Assembly: GCA_965227295.1 (NCBI GenBank)
Contig: OZ245742.1
Location: 3,648,001 to 3,712,000 of the forward strand
Length of the DNA: 64,000 bases
Source of the DNA: Leptonemataceae bacterium
GTDB taxonomy: Bacteria; Spirochaetota; Leptospiria; Leptospirales; Leptonemataceae
Reading direction: 5' to 3'
Numbering within the stretch: the first letter of the stretch is position 1; each line of letters begins with the position of its first letter. The translations under genes and the position numbers were made by a program. Of this stretch, positions 20,580 through 31,003 are shown in pieces. The notes under the pieces were generated by a model. It was not told the origin of the DNA. It did no database searches and saw nothing but the letters and a program-made list of their open reading frames with translations.

Positions 20580-22823
20580 CTAAGGTTTCGCCAAAAACCC
20601 TTTCAAAAACTCCCGCACCTTGCGAACCGAAGCGAGCCGATATGCCGCATGCGTCGGAGCCTTGCCGACCTTGACGGAGTACGCGTGCACCGGCAGGGCG
20701 TTGAACAGGTACTCGTCCGTCTCATCGTCGCCGACGGCCAGGATGAAGTCATAGCTGCGATCGAGGTCCCGGGCACGGTTCAGGATGTTGCCCTTGTGCA
20801 GTCCCTGGAAACGCACCTCGACCACCATCTTGCCGGAGAGTACTTCCAGGGGTTGGTTGGCGAGCACGTCCTGTAAGTTGATCGTCAGCTCACGGGCCTT
20901 CCAGCGGCCCTGGGTGGGATCGGACATGCGATAGTGCCAGGCGATGGACGCTTCTTTCTCTTCGGTAAAAGAACCGGGCGTTGTGCGGTTGTAGTGTTCG
21001 AAGAGATCGCGGACGTTTTCGTACCAGGCCATGCCGGATTCCGGCAGCATCTTATGCCATTCGGACTCGTCGGGAAACTTGATGTGGAGACCGTGTTCCA
21101 CCGAAAAACCCAGGGGCAAATCTCCGAGCCAGTCCTTGATATCGCGTTGCTTGCGGCCCGTAATGATGAACACATCCGTGTTTTCCAGAGCTGTAAGGTC
21201 CTTCAACAACTCGACGAGTTCCGGATCCGGCCGTGCTTCGCTGGGCAGGCTGCGGATCTCGGTCAGGGTGCCGTCGTAGTCGAGCAAGAGTAAGCGACGC
21301 TTCGCCGCGGAGAACTCGCCGCGAATCTTTTGCGCGAGCTCTATGCCGATGCTCGTGGTCGTGGACTGGTGATCGGTACCGTAGACGTCCATCTCGGCGA
21401 GTTCGGACAGGAACGAGTTGGACCAGTAGTGTACGTTGTTGCGGCTGACCTTCGCGAACATGGCGCTCATGCGTCGTGAGCGTTCGGACTCGTTCATGGA
21501 AAGCGCTTCTTCGAGGGCCCGGGCAATGCGGTCCGGGTTCCAGGGATTCGTGATCAATGCCTCGCCGAGTTCGTGGGCGGCCCCGGCGTGTTCGCTCAGG
21601 ATCAACACGCCGTCATCCTTCTTCACGGCGACGAATTCTTTGGCGACCAGGTTCATGCCGTCGAAGTAGGGCGTAACCAGAGCGACGTCCGCTTCCATGT
21701 AAAACGCGCACAGGCGTTTGAACGGCAGCGAGCGATAGATGAAATGGATCGGCGCGTGCGGTTCGTTCTCGTAGGTTTCGACGATGTCCATCACCGAAAC
21801 TTCCACGGCTTCTTTGAGTTCCTGATAGTCTTTGATCTGCGTGCGCGAAGGCACGGCGATTTGCACGAGCACCACGTCCCGTACGAGTTGCGGATTGCGC
21901 ATGAGAAACTTTTTGTACGCGCGGAGGCGGTCCGGCAGGCCCTTCGTGTAGTCCAGTCGATCGACGGACAGGATCATCTTGCGACCGTGGGTGATGTTAC
22001 GCACCACCTGGAGATCCTGGTCGATGTCCGGCTCCTGCATGGTTTCCTGAATGCGGTCGACGTCGATGGAGATCGGAAACGCGCCCATGCGTGCCTGGTG
22101 TGTTTCCAGTTCCACCTTGTTGATCTCGGAGTCGATGCCCAGGATGTGCAATAGCGACGAACGAAAGTGACGCAAATAACTGAACGTATGAAAGCCGATG
22201 AGAGACGCACCGAGCAGGCCGTGCAACAGTTCCTCGCGATAGGGCATGGCGCGAAAGACTTCCGATGACGGGAACGGCGTATGCAGAAAAAAACCGATGC
22301 GGGCATCCGGGAACTTCTTACGCACCAGCGCCGGCACGAGCATGAGCTGGTAATCCTGGATCCAGATCATATCGTCCGGCCGTATCTCGCCCATGAACTC
22401 GATGATCTTCTCGGCGAAGATTTCGTTCACTTCGCGATACATCAGGAAGTCGCGCTCATCGTAATCGATGTGCGTCGGCAGGTAGTGTAAGATCGGCCAG
22501 AGGACCTTGTTCGAAAATCCGAAGTAGTAACGTTTGAGATGCTGACGGGAGAGAAAGATCGGTACGGCGCCGTAGTCGCGGAGCAACTGATCCTCGACAC
22601 CCTTGGGATCGACCATGGAAAGATCGACTTCGCCCGGCCAGCCGATCCAGGTTTGATCGTACTCGCCCTCTAAGGCGGACAGCGCGGTGACAAGGCCGCC
22701 GGGGCTGGCTTTGAAATGAAAGCCGACGTCGTCGACGGTAATCGTAACCGGCAGGCGGTTTGCGGCGACGACCAGGCGTTTGCGGGATGATTGCGGTTGT
22801 TCGGAACTGTCTGCGGGATTCAG
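20580..22823 (-). CDS. Bifunctional trehalose-6-phosphate synthase/phosphatase (OtsA-OtsB fusion)
   Basis: 'RLVVAANRLP', 'PGGLV', 'WIGWPG', 'FFLHTPFPSSE', 'VDRLDYTKG', 'DGMNLVAKE', HAD 'LDYDGTL'. Start placed at CTG 22823 behind GGAGG. Confidence 0.93.
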   Translation of the reverse strand: MNPADSSEQPQSSRKRLVVAANRLPVTITVDDVGFHFKASPGGLVTALSALEGEYDQTWIGWPGEVDLSMVDPKGVEDQLLRDYGAVPIFLSRQHLKRYYFGFSNKVLWPILHYLPTHIDYDERDFLMYREVNEIFAEKIIEFMGEIRPDDMIWIQDYQLMLVPALVRKKFPDARIGFFLHTPFPSSEVFRAMPYREELLHGLLGASLIGFHTFSYLRHFRSSLLHILGIDSEINKVELETHQARMGAFPISIDVDRIQETMQEPDIDQDLQVVRNITHGRKMILSVDRLDYTKGLPDRLRAYKKFLMRNPQLVRDVVLVQIAVPSRTQIKDYQELKEAVEVSVMDIVETYENEPHAPIHFIYRSLPFKRLCAFYMEADVALVTPYFDGMNLVAKEFVAVKKDDGVLILSEHAGAAHELGEALITNPWNPDRIARALEEALSMNESERSRRMSAMFAKVSRNNVHYWSNSFLSELAEMDVYGTDHQSTTTSIGIELAQKIRGEFSAAKRRLLLLDYDGTLTEIRSLPSEARPDPELVELLKDLTALENTDVFIITGRKQRDIKDWLGDLPLGFSVEHGLHIKFPDESEWHKMLPESGMAWYENVRDLFEHYNRTTPGSFTEEKEASIAWHYRMSDPTQGRWKARELTINLQDVLANQPLEVLSGKMVVEVRFQGLHKGNILNRARDLDRSYDFILAVGDDETDEYLFNALPVHAYSVKVGKAPTHAAYRLASVRKVREFLKGFLAKP

Positions 22824-22878
22824 TGTTCTCCTCCGGGCTAACAGAATAGAAACGAATCCGCCTGTTGCACAGTGAAAT

Positions 22879-23865
22879 TCAAGTAGATGTCACACCGCGA
22901 CTTTGCTGGCTCGCGTAATAGACATGTTTGCGTGCACGCATCACGTCGCCCAGGGGCCGGTGTTCCGCGAGCGCGAGCCACGGATCGAAGACGGAGGCCT
23001 CAGCCTCTTCCTGGTACGTGCGCATCTCTCCGCTTTCGAAGTCCTGCTGTGGAATCGTAAGCCGGGCCACGGTCGTGTACGGCGAATCCCAGATTACGGA
23101 GGCGTCTTCAATCGGCGTGCTCTCTGCATTCGTGAAGAACTGCAACTGTAGATCGTACACGAGCGGGCCGCCGGCCAGGTGTGACCGAAAGTCCGCGCCC
23201 CAATCCTTCGAGGCGGCGGACTTCGGTTCACGATTCGAAGTCGGCACCAGACGAACGCGAGCGGCGTACGGGCCGCAGGCGATGGGAGCGGCGCTGAAAA
23301 AAGACTCCGTCGCGAAACCGGTAAAGGGTTTGCGAAACGCGGCGGCCGTCGCGCCGATTTTCTTGAACGCCCCGAAGATGCCGTAGGTACCGAAGAGATG
23401 ACCGAGGAGACTGCCCGTCCCCCGGGCTGCGGCTTCCACGAGGTCGATGAACTCCGCGCTCTTCGGAAACGAAAACGCCTCGTGATTGATCAGCAAGAAA
23501 CATTGAGCATCCGTGTCCGCGCCCAGCGCGCCGGGGCCGTTCACGCCTTCGACTCGCAGAGCGAAGCCGCGGATGTCGGGTTCGGCGTCCGGCTTCACAT
23601 CGAGGCCGCCGTTAGAAAGTCGGACCGCGGCCCTGTATCGTCCCGGCTGCGCAAAGAAACCGTGGCGAGCATGCTCGGGAAGATCGGCCAGGACTTCGAC
23701 TTCGGCCGGTACAGCCAGGAGCTGTTTGCGGTGCAGGGCACGCCCGCGGCCGTACTGTGCGGATTTCTGCGATTGGATGGCGGTGAACCGGCGCGCGTAA
23801 TCGGCGAAGCGTTCGTCCTCGTCGGCGGCGACGTCCTCGTGCCAGTTGGTTGCGGGGGTTGCCAT
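22879..23865 (-). CDS. Catalase-like heme-binding domain protein
   Basis: 'GRALHRK', 'VRLSNG', 'PDIRGFAL', 'TPIEDAS', 'HRPLG..MRARKHVY'. Confidence 0.85.
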   Translation of the reverse strand: MATPATNWHEDVAADEDERFADYARRFTAIQSQKSAQYGRGRALHRKQLLAVPAEVEVLADLPEHARHGFFAQPGRYRAAVRLSNGGLDVKPDAEPDIRGFALRVEGVNGPGALGADTDAQCFLLINHEAFSFPKSAEFIDLVEAAARGTGSLLGHLFGTYGIFGAFKKIGATAAAFRKPFTGFATESFFSAAPIACGPYAARVRLVPTSNREPKSAASKDWGADFRSHLAGGPLVYDLQLQFFTNAESTPIEDASVIWDSPYTTVARLTIPQQDFESGEMRTYQEEAEASVFDPWLALAEHRPLGDVMRARKHVYYASQQSRGVTST

Positions 23866-23890
23866 GGAACGGAAGAAGAGACGAACTCTG

Positions 23891-23963
23891 AGCCCACGGT
23901 CGGACTTGAACCGACGACCCCATCATTACGAGTGATGTGCTCTACCAACTGAGCTACGCGGGC
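23891..23963 (-). tRNA. tRNA-Thr(CGU)
   Basis: GCCCGCGTAGCTCAGTTGGTAGAGC CATCA CT CGT AA TGATG...GGTTCAAGTCC. Confidence 0.95.
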
Positions 23964-24046
23964 AATTGCAGCAGAACCGGCGGGTCATCCCGCCGGTTCC
24001 GTCAAGATTTTCGAAGGTTGGTTGCCAGGCAACCGGAATCCACGGC

Positions 24047-26383
24047 TCAGTGCGAGGCGCCGGCCGTTTCTTTGGGCGCGAAGCCGCCGGAGGAGATGGC
24101 GCCGCTGCCGCCTTTCATCGAAGAGGCCACAATCTCGGCGATGTCCAGGACCTTGACGTTTTCTTCCAGGGACATATTCTTCACACCGTCGGTCATCATT
24201 ACCATGCAGAACGGACACGCCGTGGCGATGAGGTCCGCGCCGGTGTCTACGAGCTGACCGGTGCGCTTCATGTTGACGCGCTCGTACTCTTCTTCCATCC
24301 ACATCTGGGCACCGCCCGCGCCGCAACACAGCGACGTGCGATGGTGATCGCTGGCCTCGGAGATATCCATGCCCGTGGCCTCGCGGATGAGGTTGCGGGG
24401 CTCGTCGTAGATTTCGTTGTAACGTCCCAGGTAGCACGAGTCGTGGTACGTCGCGCGGCGGTTGGACATTTTTTCGACTTCCGCCGGCTCCATTTCGATT
24501 TTGTCCGTGCGCAGAAGGTCCTCGATGAAGTCCGAGTGGTGCTGCACCTCGTAGTTACCACCGAGTTGCGGGTACTCGTTCTTCAGCGTGTTGTAGCAGT
24601 GCGGGCACGCCGTAACGATCTTCTTCACATTGTAGTTATTCAGCGTTTCCACGTTCATCTGCGCCAGCGTTTGGTACAGATACTCGTTGCCGCCGCGGCG
24701 GGCGGAGTCGCCCGTGCAGTTTTCTTCGGTGCCGAGGATGGCGAAGTTCACGTCCGCCTTCTGCATGATCTGCACGAACGAACGCGCGATGGTTTTGTTG
24801 CGATCGTCGAAGGAAGCGGCGCAGCCGACCCAGTAGAGGACGTCCACGTTGGAGTCCTCGGCCATGGTCTTCACGCCGAGATCGGCGCACCAGTCGCCGC
24901 GGGTGTGAGCGCCCATGCCCCAGGGATTGGAGTTGTTTTCCATGTTCTGGAAAGCGACCTGCAATTGTGCGGGGAAGCGCGCTTCGGCCAGCGCCAGGTT
25001 GCGGCGCATTTCGTAGATGGCTTCGAGTTGATTGTTGCCGACCGGGCAGGCCTCGACGCAGGCCATGCAGCTCGTGCACGCCCACAGTTCTTCGTCGGTG
25101 ATGTACGGATCGCCGATGACCGGCGACGCCGCCTGTGTGCCGTCCTCGGAAGGCCCGGCCCAGATGGAACCCCAGTGATCGAGCATGGAGTGTTTGGTAT
25201 CCACCATGATCTTTTTGGGATCGAGGGGTTTGCCGGTACGGTTGGCCGGACACTCGACGGTGCAGCGCCCGCACTCGATGCAGGACAGGCCGTCCATGAG
25301 GCTGGTCCAGCGCAGTTCACTGACGTTGCCCGCGCCCCAGACCGCCGTTTCGGATTCCAGGTCCATCATGGCCATTTGCCCGTTCGGAGCTGCGGTGCGC
25401 ATGAAGTAGTTCATGGGTGCGAAGATGAGGTGCGAGTGCTTCGAGAGCGGTACGACGATCATGAAGACGTAGACCGTTGAGATGTGCGTCCACCAGGCGA
25501 AGTTCCGCACTGCGGTGGCGGTGACCTCGTCGGTCATGCCGACGCTCTGCAAGATGTAGCCTACGGCGTTCGTGATCCAGATGGCGTGGGCGCCGCCGTC
25601 GAGAAAAGACTGCGCCGCGGTCCCCACGAGCGTGGACGTCATGAGCGTGCCGATGAGCAGCAGGACGATGGCCGACTGCGTCGACGGAATGTCCAGGGCC
25701 TTTGCGCGACGAATCCAGCGGCGGTACGCGAAGTAGCCGAGACCCGTGAGAACGAAGAGCGAGAAGTACTGAACAAAGGCTTCGTAGATTTCCGTGCCGG
25801 AACCGATGAGCACCGCGAACACGCCGGCGAATTGGGCCAGGGCAACGGCGATCAGAATCCATTGCAGAGCGACATTGTTGCGGAAGCCTTTGCGCTTCGC
25901 GTCGCCCGTGGTCTTGCCGGACCAGCGGCCCGGATTGATATTCAGGAAAATGAAGAACGACAGAAAGATGCCGGCCGTAAGCGCGGCGACGATGAGGCCG
26001 GCCTGAAGGCCCGTGGGGGTGAGGCCGAGCCAGGTGTAGTCCGTGAGGTAGAACTCGTACGGGTTCATGCCGCTCATCTTAAAGATGGACCAGGCGTTGC
26101 CCGCGACCATTTGCGAAGTGGTGTGCACCAGGTACGAGATGAAACCGTAAAAGATGAAGGCGTGCATGAGTCCGCGGATGGGATGCTTGAACAGCTTCAT
26201 CTGGAAGAGGACGTTGAGGATGAACGAGCGGATGCGCGTCCCCCAGTCGGCGAGTTCGGTGGCCGGCTGGACCTTACTCATGAGCTTGAGGCGCATGAAG
26301 ATGGCGTATACGAAGAAGAGGTTCGCGACGCCGAAGAATGTGAGGTGAAACAAATGCGTGAGGATGTCAGCCGTTGCGGGCAT
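24047..26383 (-). CDS. Membrane-bound Fe-S oxidoreductase (FadF/HdrD-like, CCG domains)
   Basis: Multi-TM N-terminus; 'CIECGRCTVECP', 'CTSCMACVEACP', 'YHDSC', 'CCGAGG', 'TACPFC'. Confidence 0.92.
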   Translation of the reverse strand: MPATADILTHLFHLTFFGVANLFFVYAIFMRLKLMSKVQPATELADWGTRIRSFILNVLFQMKLFKHPIRGLMHAFIFYGFISYLVHTTSQMVAGNAWSIFKMSGMNPYEFYLTDYTWLGLTPTGLQAGLIVAALTAGIFLSFFIFLNINPGRWSGKTTGDAKRKGFRNNVALQWILIAVALAQFAGVFAVLIGSGTEIYEAFVQYFSLFVLTGLGYFAYRRWIRRAKALDIPSTQSAIVLLLIGTLMTSTLVGTAAQSFLDGGAHAIWITNAVGYILQSVGMTDEVTATAVRNFAWWTHISTVYVFMIVVPLSKHSHLIFAPMNYFMRTAAPNGQMAMMDLESETAVWGAGNVSELRWTSLMDGLSCIECGRCTVECPANRTGKPLDPKKIMVDTKHSMLDHWGSIWAGPSEDGTQAASPVIGDPYITDEELWACTSCMACVEACPVGNNQLEAIYEMRRNLALAEARFPAQLQVAFQNMENNSNPWGMGAHTRGDWCADLGVKTMAEDSNVDVLYWVGCAASFDDRNKTIARSFVQIMQKADVNFAILGTEENCTGDSARRGGNEYLYQTLAQMNVETLNNYNVKKIVTACPHCYNTLKNEYPQLGGNYEVQHHSDFIEDLLRTDKIEMEPAEVEKMSNRRATYHDSCYLGRYNEIYDEPRNLIREATGMDISEASDHHRTSLCCGAGGAQMWMEEEYERVNMKRTGQLVDTGADLIATACPFCMVMMTDGVKNMSLEENVKVLDIAEIVASSMKGGSGAISSGGFAPKETAGASH

Positions 26384-26497
26384 AGAGAGGTGCTCCTGTC
26401 GACACTACGTTAAGTCTAGGCCAGCAACGTTTCGGGAAAACTCATCCACGTCCAGAAAAAAGCTGTCCCTGTCAGTTTGGCCGATTTTTTTTACTGT

Positions 26498-27598
26498 ATG
26501 GCTTCTATCTTCCCCGCCCACGACACCGACGCCATCCTGGAGAAGGCCCTGGACGGCGGTCGCATCACACCGGACGACGCGCTTCGGCTCTACAACGAGG
26601 GCGACTTCATCAAGATCATGGGCGTAGCCCGGGAATTGAGAAGCCGTCGCAATAACCCCGATCTGGTGACGTACACCATGTTCCGCGTGGTGAACTACAC
26701 GAACTTCTGCAACGTGGACTGTGCTTTTTGTAGTTTCATGGAGGAGTACGGCTCCGAGCGGGGCTACGTCCTCACGGCCGAGCAGGTCGTCGAGAAGATG
26801 CTTGAAGCCGGTAAGATGGGCTGCGACCAGATGTTCCTCCAGGGCGGAGTTTATTCGGAGCTGAAGCTGGACTATTACCTGGGCCTCATCCGGGCCGTGA
26901 AAGAGCAGGTCGGTGAACACGTGCACATCCGTGCGTTTTCGCCGGTGGAACTGGAAGGTCTGGCGGAGATCAGCGGCCTGGGCCTGCGCGGCGTCGTCCG
27001 CGAACTCAAGGCCGCGGGTATGGACAGCGTGCCCGGCGCCGGCGCCGAGATCTTAACGGATCGCATGCGCAAAATTCTCTCGCCGAAGAAATCAAACGTC
27101 GCGGGTTGGGTGAAGGCCATGGAGACCTGTCATGAAGAAGGCCTGCCCGGCAGTGCCAACGTGGTCTTTGGTTCGGAGGAAAGCCGCGAAGAAGTCATCG
27201 AACATCTAAACGTAATCCGCGATCTTCAAGATCGCACCGGCGGCTTCAAGTCGTTCATCCCCTGGACGTTCCAGCCGCAGACGAAGAAGTTTCATGTCCG
27301 TCCCGTGGGCACGCCGGAGTTCTTGAAGGTGCTCGGCATCTGCCGCATCTTTTTGGATAACATCGATCACATTGAAACGTCGCTCATGGTGCTCGGTCAG
27401 GGCGTGGGTTCGATTGCGTTGAACGCGGGCGCCGACGACATCTCGTCCATCGTTATCGAAGAGAACGTGTTGCGCAGTTACGGCATCAAGTCCGAAGAGA
27501 AGGCGCGGCAGTTTATTCGAGACAGCGGGTTCACGCCGATGAAGCGGAACCTGGTGTATGAGCATGTGGAAGGCCAGCGAGAGCCGGCGGGGGTTTGA
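26498..27598 (+). CDS. mqnC: Radical SAM CofH/MqnC family enzyme (probable dehypoxanthine futalosine cyclase)
   Basis: '[13 protein letters not shown]', 'LQGG', 'PGAGAEIL', 'FIPWTFQP', 'EENV'. Confidence 0.82.
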   Translation: MASIFPAHDTDAILEKALDGGRITPDDALRLYNEGDFIKIMGVARELRSRRNNPDLVTYTMFRVVNYTNFCNVDCAFCSFMEEYGSERGYVLTAEQVVEKMLEAGKMGCDQMFLQGGVYSELKLDYYLGLIRAVKEQVGEHVHIRAFSPVELEGLAEISGLGLRGVVRELKAAGMDSVPGAGAEILTDRMRKILSPKKSNVAGWVKAMETCHEEGLPGSANVVFGSEESREEVIEHLNVIRDLQDRTGGFKSFIPWTFQPQTKKFHVRPVGTPEFLKVLGICRIFLDNIDHIETSLMVLGQGVGSIALNAGADDISSIVIEENVLRSYGIKSEEKARQFIRDSGFTPMKRNLVYEHVEGQREPAGV

Positions 27599-27631
27599 TC
27601 ACCGGGGCTCTGAGGGGATCGGGGCGTTTTT

Positions 27632-27657
27632 ACCGCGGAGGCGCTGAGGACGCGGAG
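27632..27657 (+). repeat. Family B repeat, copy 2 (degenerate extra copy at about 27599-27624)
   Basis: ACCGCGGAG GCGCTGAG GACGCGGAG. Confidence 0.7.
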
Positions 27658-27687
27658 GGTGGATCGGGTGCGCAGGGGGAGTCGACT

Positions 27688-27808
27688 CTTGCGTCAGCGA
27701 TTGGAAGGGTTGCGGCGTAGCCGCAAGTCCGGAGCGCGAAGCGCGCAGGACCGAAGCGATAGCGGAGCCCTGGAAAGCGCGGCCCGAGCGTAAGCGAGGG
27801 AGACGCCC
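27688..27808 (+). repeat. Family A element, copy 4
   Basis: CTTGCGTCAGCGATTGGAAGGG...CCCTGGAAAGCGCGGCCC...GACGCCC. Confidence 0.85.
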
Positions 27809-28252
27809 GACTTAATTTTTTCGAAGGTCCGGCAAGCTGTGTCGGATAGTCAGAAACTATTTCAGGAATTGGATGAATTGTTCGCGTGGCACGTGAAGCC
27901 GCACAGTATAGATGAAAGTACATTTGCTGCGATTAGTCGGATAGCCCAACGAGACTTTAGTCGCAACAAGGGACTTTCGAACCGCTGTTTACCATGAATG
28001 AGGTCACGCTCGAAGCACATCATTGGACCGCGGAGTATTTCGAAAGACCCGGTATATCTTATCGTCGATGGAAACAGCGATTCGAACACGTTATCGATGG
28101 CGTAGCGCGCAGCAGCTCCAGCATTCCGGGCCCGTAGAATTCCGGCGCGCGGCAGATCACGGCTTCGACATCCCCGTTAAGCAGGCGGAAGTAGTAAGAC
28201 GATAGGTCGCTTGCGCAGATTTCACCGGCAATTGAAATCTGCCATCATGCTC

Positions 28253-29374
28253 ATGCGCGGGAAAATTTTGCGCCGTGTTCTTGCGATGTTCCTGGGTGCT
28301 GCGGCCGTTTCCTGCGGCGGCACTCTGGCCGCGCCAGGTGAGCGCGATCATACGTTCGTCGTGACCGGTGATGTCGTAAATCTGCGTGCAGCGCCGTCGC
28401 TCAATGCCAGAGTCGTTGGTACGCTGCAACGCGGCAGTCGCGTGCGCATCGGTACATTTCAGCATCCGGGAAAGGACTTACAATTCGAGAGCGGAGATCA
28501 ATGGCTGCGGGGCATCTGGCTCCCGGTCGTGCCCGCATCCGGAAAACAGGCCTGGATGTTCAGCACGTATGTCGGCCTGAAGATCGGCACGACCGATCTC
28601 ATCGGTTATACCACTTATACGAACGGCTCCGTGGTGCAGGCGGAACTGAACTTCATCATGCCGGACGGAATCCTGAGTTCCCGGGACGGCAGTCACGGCC
28701 CGCCGGATCGCAAAGGATTGAACACGAATCGGCCGATGCTGCTCCTCGACAATCTCGGCACGCCCATCGGTCAGGTGACGGCGCCGAAATTCTCGGAGAC
28801 TAACAGTCAGTTTGAAGCGTATGCCTGTACCGAAAGCTACTTCGCGACTGGAACCATGCAGCGGGATAGCAATTCGCCGTTACGCTCGGATCCGGACCTG
28901 GGCTTTCAGGGACCGCTGAATCCACGTGTGCCGGGATACCGCCCGGGCAGCCTGGCGATGGATCAAATCCACGAGGCGGTGAAGCGTGTCAACGCCGTGT
29001 ATTTCAGAGACAAGAAGATGAAACCGGAAACGCAATTGCAATGCAGTGGCTGCGCTTCGGCTATCCTTGATCATGCGGAAAAAAAACAGCGACTGCTACT
29101 GCTTACGCTGGGCAATCGAAACGGTTCGGCCAACAGCTTCTCTATTCACGCGGTCGATTCATCGGGGATGGCCGATCTCCTGGTACGCTTTAATTCCAGC
29201 TCGGGAGACGCCCGGGAAGTGGAGCGTTTTTACGCAATCACGGACCTGGACGGCAACGGCCGGCCGGAAATCTGGACGAAAATCATCGGCTACGAGTGGT
29301 GGTTCTATCGCGTGTATGTCTTTCAAGACGGTGTGGCCGTGCCCGTCTTTTCCGGCGGCGGCGGTGGTTGTTAA
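28253..29374 (+). CDS. SH3-domain lipoprotein of unknown function
   Basis: Lipobox-like 'AAVSC'; bacterial SH3 'VTGDVVNLRAAPSLNARVVGTL'; C-terminal 'TDLDGNGRPEI'. Confidence 0.8.
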   Translation: MRGKILRRVLAMFLGAAAVSCGGTLAAPGERDHTFVVTGDVVNLRAAPSLNARVVGTLQRGSRVRIGTFQHPGKDLQFESGDQWLRGIWLPVVPASGKQAWMFSTYVGLKIGTTDLIGYTTYTNGSVVQAELNFIMPDGILSSRDGSHGPPDRKGLNTNRPMLLLDNLGTPIGQVTAPKFSETNSQFEAYACTESYFATGTMQRDSNSPLRSDPDLGFQGPLNPRVPGYRPGSLAMDQIHEAVKRVNAVYFRDKKMKPETQLQCSGCASAILDHAEKKQRLLLLTLGNRNGSANSFSIHAVDSSGMADLLVRFNSSSGDAREVERFYAITDLDGNGRPEIWTKIIGYEWWFYRVYVFQDGVAVPVFSGGGGGC

Positions 29375-29485
29375 GAGTCCGTTTGATGCGTCGGTAATCC
29401 AGCCCGGGGATTTCTTGCTGTAAAAAGATGCAAATTATCCGGAGCGTGTTGTTGTCTTCCTCAGATCATACTTACGACGGCTCCG

Positions 29486-30691
29486 ATGCAAATCATCATT
29501 CGATTTACTCTAACAACTTTACTGATCAGTCTATCAATCACGTGCAGCACCGCCCTGAGTGTCGCCGCGCCGGAGTATCGTGAAGAAAACGTCCTCACCG
29601 AAGTGCGCAAGCATCACGAGGAGCTCGCCCCGCAGCTTCCGCGCAAATTTCGTAGCGGTAACGTAAGCCCGCAGCCCGTCGCGGCGCGGCCGGCGCCTAC
29701 ACAGTAACGCCGACAGACTACGGCTATCGTGCGCAGTTGCCCGCCGGCAACAATGCGAAGGGCGCCTTCATTCCCACGCCGGCCGCCTGTGACGGCGTGC
29801 TCGTGGTCAGCGGCGGTTTTCGACGTTACGAGTACTACGGCCTCGATGCGGAAACCGGCGAAATGCTCTGGGCCGTGAAGTTAAGCGACATCGGACCGTC
29901 GGGGCCGGTGTGTGAATTCGGAGTCGTGGTCTTCAACACGGAATCGTGCACCACGTTCGCGTGGCGTGCGAAGACCGGTGAGATGCTCTGGTCGCACTAC
30001 CTGGGCGATCCGCAAATGAGCGCACCGTCGATGCACAACGGCCGGGTGTTCGCGGCCTATCCCATCAAACACATCGCCCCCGGCGCATCGCGGGATGCGA
30101 GCCATGCTCTGGCCGCCTTCGCCGCGACGTCCGGGACCTTGCTGTGGCAGACCGTAATCGACGGCGACGTGATGACCGCGCCGGTGATCGTTAACGATCA
30201 GCAAGTTGTAGTTACGACCCTGGCCGGCACGCTCTACCTCCTGGACCAGGAAGACGGCACGATTCGCGCCGCCGCCCGGGCGCGCGGGACGAGTGCGCCG
30301 GTGTTCGTCGACGGCCAGCTGTATTACAGCCGCCGCACGGATGTTTTGTATGATTTGCGCATGCGGGAGGACCTCGCCGTGGCCGACGCTCTCTTGCAAC
30401 GCCGCCTCTCCCTGGGCGATGCGGACCCGGCGGGACGGGCGCATCTTCGTCAGCACGTATGTCGACGGAATCTGGGAGATCGATCCGCGGAGCGGTGAGA
30501 TTCTGCGCAAGTATCGGGATGCGGAGCAGGCCGCGCGGCTGCGATTCCAGCCGGTCATTCAGGACGGTCGCATCTTCGTGCCGACCGAAGACGACGCGTT
30601 GCTGTCGTTCGATACCGGGCGGCCGGAACTGACGGGCTGGAAGATGTGGGGCGGTAATGCCGGTCGGACGGGACAACCGGCACGCTGGTGA
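29486..30691 (+). pseudogene. PQQ-like beta-propeller secreted protein broken by two frameshifts
   Basis: Signal peptide in ORF 29486..29707; 'LDAETGEMLW' blades in the next frame; C-terminus 'DGRIFV...WKMWGGN' in another frame from about 30437. Confidence 0.7.
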
Positions 30692-30751
30692 TCAGCCGCG
30701 AAAGAACTGCTCCGGCAGCTTCGGCCGGGCGGCATGATGCCGTAACCAATT

Positions 30752-31003
30752 TTACTTTTCTTTCTCTTTCTCCAGCTCAATCGTCTGGCAGATATCCAGG
30801 CAGTCTTCACTGCACGCCGTGCGTTTGGATTGCGGGGAGAGCTTCGTGCAGGCCTTCTTTTCTTCGCACTGATTGATGCAGGTATAGGAATCGACCCAGT
30901 TTTCCAGGGCTTCTTCGCGTCCGAATTTTTCGCCGCCGGCGAAGAGCACGCCGGAGAAGGCGATGAGCAGAGTGAGGCCAATGAGGGCGAGGGTTTGTTT
31001 CAT
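30752..31003 (-). CDS. Small secreted six-cysteine protein
   Basis: Signal peptide 'MKQTLAL...VLFA'; pattern CxxxC-x5-C-x11-CxxxCxxxC. Confidence 0.65.
   Translation of the reverse strand: MKQTLALIGLTLLIAFSGVLFAGGEKFGREEALENWVDSYTCINQCEEKKACTKLSPQSKRTACSEDCLDICQTIELEKEKEK

Noticed and set aside
23966..25480. 504-aa plus-strand ORF
   Set aside because: Antisense shadow of the Fe-S oxidoreductase, with no recognisable motifs.
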